The notes beneath the pieces were generated by a model. The model was not told where the DNA came from. It did no database searches and saw nothing but the letters and a program-made list of their open reading frames with translations. Position numbers and translations under genes: made by a program. A stretch of DNA of 63,140 nt, the filler included, from Pelomyxa schiedti (lineage: Eukaryota; Protista; Evosea): assembly GCA_020536535.1 (NCBI GenBank). It is 5 parts of 5 records of this genome, joined end to end, with 100 filler letters (N's around TTAATTAATTAA, not from the genome) between each part and the next. Parts side by side here need not be neighbours in the genome. Positions count along the whole stretch, not along the records: positions 1,511 to 21,088 come from JAHLWZ010000667.1; positions 21,189 to 47,319 come from JAHLWZ010001041.1; 3 more parts are not named here. The stretch is one strand, 5' to 3'. Positions 10,872 through 22,074 of this stretch are shown here, one piece after another (position 1 is the first letter of the stretch; the number at the start of each line of letters is the position of its first letter).

Positions 10872-12268
10872 ATGACGAGCCACAACAGGCTGTGGGCACG
10901 CGCGGAAGATGTGATGCAAATTGTGGGATGCGCGATGGCACGGGAGCAAGTGCTGGCGATTTTGATGTCTTCGTCGAATCGGTGCGGATCGCGCAGCCCC
11001 TGCCGCCACGTTCCACAGTACCTGTGGCGCCTCATGTCCCACCAGTGGCTCTTGTGCCCAGACGTGACCCTCGTGGTCTCTGGAACAGATACGCGGAACT
11101 CTCTCTATTTCTACGCCACATTTTGTCTCAGCCGGTGCCTCGGCGTCCTCGATTACACCGGCGGGTGCGCCGACATGATGGCGTACAACAACGTTCCCCT
11201 GGCTGCGATTATGGGATGCCCTTCGCCTATTGTGGCGTGGACGGGCCCGGGCGTTGGGATTTTGTACTGGGAGCAGCGCTGGAGTTGGTGTTTGGCTGAT
11301 GTGTCGTCGAGAAGTGCCAGGATGTTGTGTAGATTGGTTGTAGACGAATCCAGGGTTATGGGTGTGCTAATTTTATTGGTTGCCCGCTCCTTTCCAATTA
11401 GAGTAATCTTTTATTATTGTTAGCATAAAGTAATATGATAATAGACAATATTATCTTGGTTGATGCCCATTCCTTAGTGTAACACATCTCACATGCAGAG
11501 AGAATGGAACCTGGACTCTGGGCAGCCAACAAGAGTTGGATTATCTTCATTGACTCAATGGAGCAGAACCTCTTTGTATGGAGAGTGCCACAAGGACCAA
11601 GTGCTGAAGGAAACGAGGAAGAGAACGTGTTGCACAGTTCTACCTATCGGCTCCAAGACTTGCTTCCCCCTGGACAACTGAAGAAAGTGGGGAAGCCACA
11701 GATTGGACGTGGAAAGGATATCGACAAGCTTACTGTTGTTCTTGAAAGCTCTCCCAAAGTACACAAATTCAGAGCCAACCAGCTTACACAGGTTCACGTT
11801 GTACAAATCAACCTGAGAGAAACCTTCCGCACCGCATCCCTCACTGTGATAGAATCCAAGTCAAAACCAATCCGGACCGGCGCAAGTCTGTCAGCATTCT
11901 GGACAATTGATAACCGCTGCCTTGTTCCAATCCAGGATTCCAAATCAGATACTGTCTCGCTGCACTGGATGGACAGCAGTGAGCCCAGGCTCCGCAATTT
12001 GGCTGGATCCATTTCCCGCGTCGATGACAGTCACTTTCTTCTTCAGCACGAAGACAACTTCAGTGTTTACGATGTGAACAACCTTGATTCCGGACCCACA
12101 TTCCGTTCCTGCTTCTGCCCTCAATTCTTTGCCGGTGATGGATTCTTTGCAGAGAGACTTCTCCGTACTGAAGGGAGCAATGTGATCATCAGGGATGCAG
12201 ACACAAATATGATCATCATGGAGCTTAGTGGCCCCGTATTCCTGGTTCCCCCACTTCACACTTTATAA
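10872..12268 (+). CDS. Hypothetical protein of the expanded RCGxxSP family (long form, two exons)
   Basis: AREQVLAILMSSSNRCGSRSPCRHV in ORF 10635-11423; second exon (ORF 11504-12268) has AANKSWII, FSVYDVNN and FAGDGFF, matching family motifs. Intron approximately 11355-11497. Confidence 0.7.
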
Positions 12269-12330
12269 AGAGTGCCATTGTAATTGTATTGTGCCAATCA
12301 AGAAGAGAAAATGCTCCTTTTTTTGATGGT

Positions 12331-14738
12331 CTATTCATCTTCTGGTTGGGTGTTGGTGGTCTTTGTTGGTTTGGTTTTCTTGGGCTTGGTTGTGGCCTTC
12401 TTGCCTTTGGTTTTGTTTGCGGCCTTTGCGGGTTTGGCCCTTGGTGGCTTGGGTACATAAGCTGAGTATCCAGGGGGAGGGGAGGGTTCCCGCTTGGCTG
12501 GTGTGATAGTTGTTGCCGTTGTGGTGGTTGTGTTGGAGGTTGTGGCTGGTGGCTTGTTGAATATCCGGACAGAGACTGTCTCATCTTGCCCGGGCTGTGT
12601 GAGTGTCAGAAAAAATCAGGCATATGAAGCGATTACCTTGTGAAGAGTAGCTCCTCTGCCGGAGGCACTGGGTGGAACATATTTTTCTGTTGGAGAATGA
12701 GGTTTGTGTCCAAAGTGTTGTGAGCATACCAACAGAAGGAGCAACAGCTTGTGGGATTGGAGTAGGTACCGGCTGTGGTGATATAGGGCCATTCCATGGT
12801 ATGTCATAGAGAGAATTGTAGGGTCTCCAAGCGAACTGTGTAAGATAAGTTTGACTAACAGAGCAAAATAGATGTACATCAGAGAGTTCAGGAACAGCCA
12901 ACTTGAAAATCATGTCGCCCTTTGGTGTGAATATCTTAACGCCATTGTCCACCCGCATCCGCGGGACCAGCGTTGCACACGCTACATATCTTGAGTCGGG
13001 GCTCCACACAAGTGAGGTTGTGCAATGTGCTACAGTGGACCCAATTCTCTCAAAGGTCTTGGTATCCCAGAAATCAATCTCGCCTTGGAGGTTACCAAAT
13101 CCAGCAAGGCAAAGTACTGTGTGAAAATTAAAACGAGACAGGAAAGAAATGCCTTGACCTTTTCCATCAGGGGACCAGTAAACCGCGTTTCTGGCAGCTG
13201 GGCCAAACTCTGCCACAGGGGAATATTTGAAACCGTTCAGACGATACACCGTGATTGTGGCTGGCATAACTTCGATAGAGTTAATTATGAGTTGCAGGAG
13301 TTGTAACACACAGCCATAGATAACACAAAATAGCGGCTGAACAGGGTTCCACGATGCATGGTGTATAGGGCCCTCTTTCTCTTTTTATGGTGGGCTTGAT
13401 TGGTAAATAAAAAGTAACACACTTAGACCAATGGTGGCGTTCCTACTGCCATCATTTGGGAACATTATATGCAACCCATTCTGTCCGTAATACGATTTCC
13501 CTGTGGGATCCAACTGTGTACTGAATTCCGCGTTAATCCAAAAAATTTCCTTTTTATCAGATACCTAGAACGGCATAGTAGAGCCTTCCCATCGGGGCTC
13601 CAAATCAATTCACAGTCGTCAGCCTTGAGGAAATTAGAGAGGTTGTGAGTGGGGTGGGCTACTTTAAAGAAGGATTTCTTGGAACTGGCCTCGTTGGAAG
13701 TAAACGGGAACTTATAGATGCTTACAAGAGCAGGAACTCCCTTACATGCAACGTTGAGCGAAAAACCCCAAGAGGGGAAGCATTACCTTACTCTCAGGGA
13801 CGAACGTAGCAAATGGTACACAGAGGGGCGACGTATTATATTGTGGGGAAAAACACCAGGCAGTAATCCCGGTTTGGGAGAGTTTATTCAGAACTCCGCC
13901 CTGGAAGTTCCCTACAAAAAGTGTGAGATGTTAAATTTGCTTCCAAACATCAACTACCAGCATAAAACTGAAGGCCATCATAAAGTGACAGTCCACATAT
14001 TTCTTCCCCATTTACCCACTTTATAAGAGGCCTATTTACCGACTGATAAATACATATACAATAGTTGAACTTGGTCACACACCATTGTTCAGGGGGGAAA
14101 TTTTTTTTCACAAAGGAGGTGACTGGAGAACCTGTGGCAAGGGTGATGACATGCATATTTGGTGCATTTGTAGGCTGCAAGTGCTCCCAGGTAAGAGCGA
14201 AACTGGAACTGAGTAAAAAGGGTATACAAGAGGAATAAGTAGCTACCTTGCTTTGGGAGAAATATAAAACTTGCTGATATTTGGGTGGGGAAGGACATGC
14301 ACAGCGGCACATGTCTCGGAGTTCCTATATACTATCTGGGTTTTGTCCATCAGTACCAAACCCTCTCCCCCGGTGGTGTAAACTGCCCTCTCAGCGGGCA
14401 CTCTTGAGTTTTCAATAGCCTTGTTGTTTGTTCGATTGGGGTCCAATGGGGAGAAGAATTACTTGTCCCAACTCAGAGGGGAGAGCCCAGTATTGGCAAA
14501 CTCCGGCACGTGATGTTAAGCAGAACTGTAGCCTCTGGTCAGCCTTTGGTGGTTCTACTGGTTTAACTTGATAACACTTAAAATGGAGTGGATATACTGG
14601 GTCCATACCAACTGCAGCCTGTTGAGTGGACGCCGCGGAACTGGCAGCAGAATTGGCGGCACTAGAAGAACTTGACACTGTTGCTTCCGTTGGTGCTGGC
14701 GCCTTTGCACCCTTCTTATTTGAAGGCTTTTTGGCCAC
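12331..14738 (-). CDS. EIF2A: Eukaryotic translation initiation factor 2A (WD-like), multi-exon
   Basis: NAVYWSPDG...LAGFGNLQGEIDFWD...WSPDSRYVACATLVPRMRVDNGVKIF is the eIF2A signature; KYVPP motif near the C-terminus; last exon read as ...NTQPEDE* ending at 12331. Confidence 0.85.
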
Positions 14739-15173
14739 TTTATCCGTCTTGGGAGCATTTTCCTCGGTTGAGACCGGGTGAACGCCTATTTAGCGTTTTA
14801 AGTGTACTAGAATACATCCAGCAAAGGGGGGGGAAAACAAAGACACTAACTCACCATCGGTATTTGCCTTATTCTTCTTCTTCCCCCCACCACTTGTCGT
14901 CTTTTGTCGCGTTTCCGGCTGGCCCTCGGCTCCGTGGTCACTCATTCTCTAAGATCAAATAAGAAGCCAAAAATGAACCCGGGCAGTTTGTGTGAATTAC
15001 CTGATAGCATTGTCAACTCAACCAAAAACTTCTTCATGCACTGTTTACATCCTCCGCACCCTTTCCATTGCCCACTCAGGGATCTCGTAGCTACGAGAAC
15101 TTAAGCTCTTCACGGAATTCGCTCTCATCGCAATTCACCACAACCAACAGGCCTCAACACCACACCCATAATC

Positions 15174-17502
15174 ATGGTCGACGACCTGCGGGCTGCGCTG
15201 ACGTGGACGCAGGGGGCGGTGGGGGAGCTCAGCCGCAGCACGGCGTCGGAGCCCGGGTACGTGACCACGGCGACGGGGCAGCAGGCGGTTAAGCGAATCG
15301 CGGTGTCTCTTAAATCCTCAACCGACGCGATAAAGGGACTTAGGGGAGCGCCGGGGGTCGACACCGAGGCGCTCGACCAAGTCCTCGCTGGTTTCAAGGA
15401 CGTGTTCAGGAGATTCAAGGAAATAAGGTACATTGCATGTTGTACAACATTTCAATTGTTTCTTATAATAAGTATAATGTAGTATAATGTATCACATTTC
15501 AATTTTGTGTAAGTATATTGCATAATGTATAATTATTGTTATCGGAATTTTCTGTTGTATGACCCTTTGTTATGGCTGTGTTGACCTTTATTTCGTCTCA
15601 TGTGTGGGTGTAGAGAAGAGAGGCCGCCGGACGGTGTGAAGACAGCAGCATCTACATCTACTTCCACATCAACATCAACTACAACAGCCACCACCACTAC
15701 CACAAAAACGTCGGCTGCTGTACATGCGACAGTGATAGGTTCTTCAACTTCTGGGTCTCCTGTTGTCAGTTCGTCTTCAGTACAACCTCGTTCCGCTCCA
15801 AGAGCTCACTCTGCTGCTTCAGTTACCCCGGCATCACCACCACCTGCGCAGCAGAGACAACTCAGTGCCTCATCAACTCCTGTGAGGCACACAATGTCAC
15901 CGCCTTCAACTTCACCACCACCCAGTACTACTATGAGGGCACCTCGTACTGTTGTTGGTCCTGAAAAAGATCTTTGGAAACTGGCAGTAAGTCTCAGGAA
16001 CAAAGCCAGTGGTATTTTTTCTTTCTTTTTTTTTTTTTTGTATTGTTTACTTGCTTGCCAAGGTGCTCCGATTGATGCACCTCAAGAATACTCACTTGTT
16101 TTTGTGGGTGCAAAAAACTCAGGAAAATCTACCCTAGTCAGTCACTTTTTAGAGAAAGGTAAGCAGCACCTTGTGAAATGTTAATAATTCATATTATTTT
16201 AGACTGTCCAAAAGAGCCTACCATTGCCCTCAAATACACGTCTGTCAACAATGAAAACAAATTCAATGTCACAAATTTATCCTTCTTTAGATATGGACAG
16301 CGCTCCAAGCCTAATTCAGTCAGTAAAGATATTATTCATTGCTGGGAACTAGGTACTGCTCCAATTATTGATATATTGTTAGTAATGGCTCCTTTAGCTG
16401 GTGGTTCCGCTTTAGCTGCTTTACTAGAAGTTTGTATAACACCGCAAAGTGTAATTAACTCAGTGCTTGTACTAACTGTAAAATTATCTGAGGTACCATT
16501 TCAATATGTAATTCCATTCAGTCATGTAATAAAAGCCAGAATTTCTCCTTTCTACAATTCGTGAGTGGATGACACACATACAAACACGCACTTCCTACTG
16601 TCTTCAACATGCAACACAAATGGGCTGGCAAATACAAAACCCCGTTGCACCAAGCCCAGAGAGGTAACCGGCAGTTTCTTTTTCCGAGATTCATTCGTTT
16701 CCATGTAGCACCAAGCCGGTGAAGATTCCTGTACTACTTGCCTGCACTCATTTTGATGCATGCTCAAAATTCAATCCGTGTGCATTCCATTATCTACTCA
16801 GGTTGGTAACCATAATAGACACCAAGTGAAAGTGATATCTCGCACCCTGAGGAATATAGCACATGATTATGGATTGGCAATCATGTTTCTGAACACATCA
16901 GACTCCAAAATGATATTGAAGGTTTGTCCTGTACCACTTCCAATTTTCTCATATGCCCTACAGTATCGAGCAGTCATACATTACTATTTGTTTGGATCGA
17001 GTAATGCATCGGTAGATATAATGAAGCTCTCCGACTGCGGCGAACCAGACGCAAAACACAAATCAACCGGCTGTGTCCTGCTTCCAATAGGCACCCAAGC
17101 CGATTCCATTTTTCCGCACTAATATATGATATTATATAGGTGCGGACACATTTGAAAGCATCGGCCGGCCACCTCCATCATCCTCTGGGGGTTCCTCCAC
17201 TTGGCAAGACCTATTTGAGAAGCTTTTCCCACCGGGACAAGGTTCCCACCACCCCCTAATACAAATTTCCCGTTAATATTGATATATAATACCACACACA
17301 GAACCCACAGAACAGGAGTCTGTTGATAAAGCGGACCTTTGGCGGGAACCAATGATAGATTCTCTCCGCGCTGATAAAGAGTGTGTACATTCATCCAAAA
17401 AATCACTGTGTGGTTGATTCTCTCCACAGGAAAGCATTTGAGAGGTACCAAAGAGAACTGGCCAGAGCAAAGGCCGAAATTGCCTCTGTACAAAAGTCCT
17501 GA
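15174..17502 (+). CDS. DYNC2LI1: Cytoplasmic dynein-2 light intermediate chain 1 with ~200-aa N-terminal extension
   Basis: KDLWKLA...SLVFVGAKNSGKSTL...PTIALKYTYGQRSK...KDIIHCWELAGGS...VISRTLRNIAHDYG...GADTFESIGRPP...WQDLFEKLFPP...EPMIDSLRADK, colinear with D2LIC/LIC3. Confidence 0.85.
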
Positions 17503-17864
17503 ACCAAACCCTGTCCCCTTTTGTTTCTTTTTTTCCTTTTGTTCAATTGCCAGTCCCCAATACAGAAACCCACTTCTGTTAAGTAGTTATTAGATCAATC
17601 GCATAATCAATAGCGATCTTTTGGGGCTGAACCGTCGCGCGTCGCGCCCACACCGACGCATCCCATTATTGGCGTTTGTTGTTGTTGCTTCTAGCCTTTG
17701 ACAACTCAATCGTACAAACAAAAGGGGGAAGAGTCGCTGAGAGGGTTGGCTGTTGGGTTGGGTGTCAAGCGATTGTGGGACTACTAGTACTATACAACAT
17801 CACACAGAATCAGTGACTGAGTGAGTGAGTGAGTTTGTGGGGGTTGAGAGGGTGGTGATAATCA

Positions 17865-19560
17865 ATGGAGGCGAAGGAGATAGCAGTGCAGGTGCCGTTG
17901 GCGTTTGTTACGGGAATAGCCGCTGCTTCCCTCGGTGTATCAGGTGTGTGTGGCGTCTCTGTGTGTGTCTGTGTCAATATGTGTGTTGTGTGCCGGTGTG
18001 TGTTTATTATTGTGGGCCGGTGGGTGTCTTGTGTCTTGTGTCTTGTGTCTTGTGTCTTGTGTCTTGTGTCTTGTGTCTTGTGTCTTGTGTATTGTGTATT
18101 GTGTATTGTGTATTGTTGGCTTCTCTTACTGAGGGCTTGATTAGCGTGGATGCTGATGGTTCCTATAATGATGATACAGGGCTGGGAGCTGTACGACGTG
18201 CTGTTTATTGTGGGTTGCATGGACATCGTGTCTAGCTCCGTNNNNNNNNNNNNNNNNNNNNNNNNNNNNNNNNNNNNNNNNNNNNNNNNNNNNNNNNNNN
18301 NNNNNNNNNNNNNNNNNNNNNNNNNNNNNNNNNNNNNNNNNTTCTCTTACTGAGGGCTTGATTAGCGTGGATGCTGATGGTTCCTATAATGATGATACAG
18401 GGCTGGGAGCTGTACGACGTGCTGTTTATTGTGGGTTGCATGGACATCGTGTCTAGCTCCGTGATGACAGGTGTCTATTTAATAAAGCGGTATGTATGGC
18501 GGTCACCATTCTGGATAATATTCTTTGCTTGTCTGGCTGCCACGGAAATATCTTTAATAGGTGCGCTCCTACGGTTTATTTTCATTCTCACTTGGTTTTA
18601 GTTGGGCTGCTGCACGATTTTATCAAAGAACACCTTGGAATTTTCGAAAAAGGCTCCGGACTTTTTGCCTTTGTCATCGGTGGTTTTATGCTTCTAGTTG
18701 GCATTGTAGACACAGTGAAGAAACTCCGGGCCCGAAGCAAAGGAAAGCAAGCAGCAGAGAAAAAGAAGAGTGCTGCAGTTAACCCCTCCGACGAAGAAAC
18801 CACAAGGCTTATAGTGAACCATGACACTCCATCTCAAAGGATTTGCGATGAGGAAGCGGGCCGGCAAGCTGAATCTGGCACGAAACTAGACGGCGAAGAG
18901 AAGGTTTTCGCCAGTTCACCACCCCCAATTGATCCAACCATCGGAGCCGGCGTAGGAGGAGCCGGAGTTGAAGAACCGGTGGATGCGGAACAGCGCAGGA
19001 CTTCACAGCATGCAGCCGCACTATTATCTGGGGTTATGAGCGAAATTGATGAAAGGAAGCTGCCAGTAAACTGGATTCTTCTCCGAAAACTCAAGCTTCC
19101 AGTGATGCTAACCCGGGCACTCATGATATTCTGGGTGGCACTATGCTGGGCCGTTGTAGGATACCTTGGATGGGGAAGTGGCACAGTATTTGTAATACTC
19201 CTGGGGCTTCATACTGATGCCGCACTGAGGACAGCAACCGGAACAGCTTCTCTTATGATGCTTGTGAGCTCCTCAGTGTTCACAGTCAACGTTGCAGCCT
19301 GGCAGCTGGCTAATGTAGGCTCTATATGGGATACATTGTTGTGCTGCCTTGCTGCCCAGCTTGTTGGCACTGTAGTGGGAACAATTGTGGTGTTCCGGAT
19401 ACCAACGTGGCTGATCAAGACCTTCATTGGGTTGGTTCTGGTTGGAATTGGGGTTGTATCTGAGGTATCCTATATACTCATGGCCACCTCTGAATCCACA
19501 TCAGCATCACAGTCACTATCCTCACACACCAATTTCCCTTCTTCCTTGTCATCACTATAA
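17865..19560 (+). CDS. TauE/SafE (TSUP) family membrane transporter, spans an assembly gap
   Basis: Two hydrophobic halves with GIAAASLGVSAWMLMVP and GYLGWGSGTVFV...TATGTASLMM repeats separated by a long acidic loop. Confidence 0.65.
18024..18114 (+). repeat. Intronic 7-mer minisatellite (GTGTCTT)9(GTGTATT)4
   Basis: Directly counted; lies in the first intron (17944-18144) of the TauE-like gene. Confidence 0.95.
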
Positions 19561-19685
19561 GCAACAACACAATAATTGTTCTTATNNNNNNNNNNNNNNN
19601 NNNNNNNNNNNNNNNNNNNNNNNNNNNNNNNNNNNNNNNNNNNNNNNNNNNNNNNNNNNNNNNNNNNNNNNNNNNNNNNNNNNNN

Positions 19686-21088
19686 CAACCGACGCGATAA
19701 AGGGACTTAGGGGAGCGCCGGGGGTCGACACCGAGGCGCTCGACCAAGTCCTCGCTGGTTTCAAGGACGTGTTCAGGAGATTCAAGGAAATAAGGTACAT
19801 TGCATGCATCACATTTCCATTGTTTCTGAAAATATGTATACTGATCACATTCAATTTTGTTATGTATATTGCATAATGTATAATTATTGTTTGTTGTAAC
19901 CACTTTGTGTGTTTGTCCATGGTGGAGTTAACTTTCACTACGCTCGTTTGTTGATTGCTTTCTCCAACTTTTTTTTTCTGGCCGTTATAGCTGTGTTGAC
20001 CTTTATTTCGTCTAATGTGTGGGTGTAGAGAAGAGAGGCCGCCGGACGGTGTGAGGACAGCAGCATCTACATCTACTTCCACATCCACATCCACATCAAC
20101 ATCAACTACAGCAACCACCACCACAAAAACGTCGGCTGCTGTACATGCGACAGTGATAGGTTCTTCAACTTCTGGGTCTCCTGTTGTCAGTTCGTCTTCA
20201 GTACAACCTCGTTCCGCTCCAAGAGCTCACTCTGCTGCTTNNNNNNNNNNNNNNNNNNNNNNNNNNNNNNNNNNNNNNNNNNNNNNNNNNNNNNNNNNNN
20301 NNNNNNNNNNNNNNNNNNNNNNNNNNNNNNNNNNNNNNNNATGCGACAGTGATAGGTTCTTCAACTTCTGGGTCTCCTGTTGTCAGTTCGTCTTCAGTAC
20401 AACCTCGTTCCGCTCCAAGAGCTCACTCTGCTGCTTCAGTTACCCCGGCATCACCACCACCACCTGCGCAGCAGAGACAACTCAGTGCCTCATCAACTCC
20501 AGTGAGACACACAATGTCACCGCCTTCAACTTCACCACCACCCAGTACGACTATGAGGGCACCTCGTACTGTTGTTGGTCCAGAAAAAGATCTTTGGAAA
20601 CTGGCAGTAAGTCTCAGGAACAAAGCCAGTGGTATTTTTTTTTTTTTTTGTATTGTTGACTTGCTTGCAAAGGTGCTCCGATTGATGCACCTCAAGAATA
20701 CTCACTTGTTTTTGTGGGTGCAAAAAACTCAGGAAAATCTACCCTAGTCAGTCACTTTTTAGAGAAAGGTAAGCAGCACCTTGTGAAGTGTTAATAATTC
20801 ATATTATTTTAGACTGTCCAAAAGAGCCTACCATTGCCCTCAAATACACGTATGTCAACAACGAAAACAAATTCGATGTCACAAATTTATCCTTCTTTAG
20901 ATATGGACAGCGCTCAAAGCCTAATTCAGTCAGTAAAGATATTATTCATTGCTGGGAACTAGGTACAGCTCCAATTATTGATATATTGTTAGTAATGGCT
21001 CCTTTAGCTGGTGGTTCCGCTTTAGCTGCTTTACTAGAAGTTTGTATAACACCGCAAAGTGTAATTAACTCAGTGCTTGTACTAACTG
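19686..21088 (+). CDS. DYNC2LI1: Partial second copy of DYNC2LI1 (allele or recent paralog), bounded by gaps
   Basis: Exons nearly identical to 15320-16477; introns carry substitutions and indels; small in-frame indels in the Thr/Ser and Pro tracts. Confidence 0.8.
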
Positions 21089-21587
21089 NNNNNNNNNNNN
21101 NNNNNNNNNNNNNNNNNNNNNNNNNNNNNNNNTTAATTAATTAANNNNNNNNNNNNNNNNNNNNNNNNNNNNNNNNNNNNNNNNNNNNAGTTGGTTTAGT
21201 GAGGGATAGCGAGGAAAGTGGGGAGCAATCAATCACACCAAATACACCAACTTGAAAAAGGGTTTCTTATGTTACTATCGCCCACTCTAAGCTGCTCTAC
21301 TACCACTTGATTCTTGGGTGTTCCAGGTCTTCTGAAGCCCGAAGGTGGAAAAAGAAAGAGCCTTAAGCAACAGAGAGTGATACCTAATGCATTTACATCC
21401 TTTTCTTCTGAAATCTTGTCAATATGCAGATAGGAAGTTAGCTCTCAACCATGGTTGGTTCCCCTTGTGCTAAAGGAGCCCAATTAGAAAAAAAAACATT
21501 AGAACCACTTTTTTTTTTGTATAAAAAAACTTTTTCTATTGAAATACAGGCATATTCAAATAGAGATGGTTCTAGTTATGGCTCTGC

Positions 21588-21794
21588 CTATAGCAATACA
21601 CAAAACTTCCTGCTTGGTGGTTTGTCCAGTGGACGTTTGGTTTTATTGACAATAGTGCGGACTGTTTCAATAAAAACCTTTTACTAGGGTATGGTGGAGA
21701 TTAGACTGGGTGTAGAATACCTCCTCAATTCCTTGTTGTGTAAGTGCACTGCACTCAAGGTATTTTGATGCCTTTATACGTGATGCTAGGTCAC
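21588..21794 (-). pseudogene. Orphan 3' exons of a Rac/Rho GTPase (no 5' exons visible)
   Basis: DLASRIKASKYLECSALTQQGIEE|VFIETVRTIVNKTKRPLDKPPSRKFCVLL* with a CAAX (CVLL) end; upstream sequence is the repeat array, not GTPase exons. Confidence 0.75.
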
Positions 21795-21802
21795 CTATAA
21801 AG

Positions 21803-22036
21803 GTGTTTATTTTATGCAGCCATTTGGACCGCGGATCCTGAGGGACGATAACGAAAATGACAGCGTTCCGGTCTGTTGATTATTTTATTCAGCCAGATGT
21901 GTGGCGAGGTGTGATGGACCTGTTTCCCCTGCGCCACAAGATTGGTTGAATAAAAAAAACACCAGACCGCCGATCCTGAGCGACGATAACGAAAAGTACA
22001 GCGTTCCGGTCTGTTGATTATTTTATTCAGCCAGAT
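21803..22036 (+). repeat. Cluster of a dispersed ~65-nt element (two full direct copies, one partial copy, one inverted core)
   Basis: GATCCTGAG(G)GACGATAACGAAAATGACAGCGTTCCGGTCTGTTGATTATTTTATTCAGCCAGAT at 21829-21898 and 21967-22036 (period 138 nt); partial copy 21803-21822; inverted core 21943-21969. Confidence 0.9.
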
Positions 22037-22074
22037 AGTGCGCGTGAGCTGGTCATAAAACGAAAACGAGGTTA

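Noticed and set aside
18121-18462. Direct duplications flanking 100-N gaps (also 20140-20440 and 54525-54865)
   Set aside because: Identical sequence on both sides of fixed-length gaps indicates unmerged contig overlaps, not tandem repeats.
21829-22036. Repeat-spacer-repeat pattern suggestive of a CRISPR array
   Set aside because: Repeats are ~70 nt, only two full copies, the spacer contains an inverted core, there are no cas genes and the context is eukaryotic.
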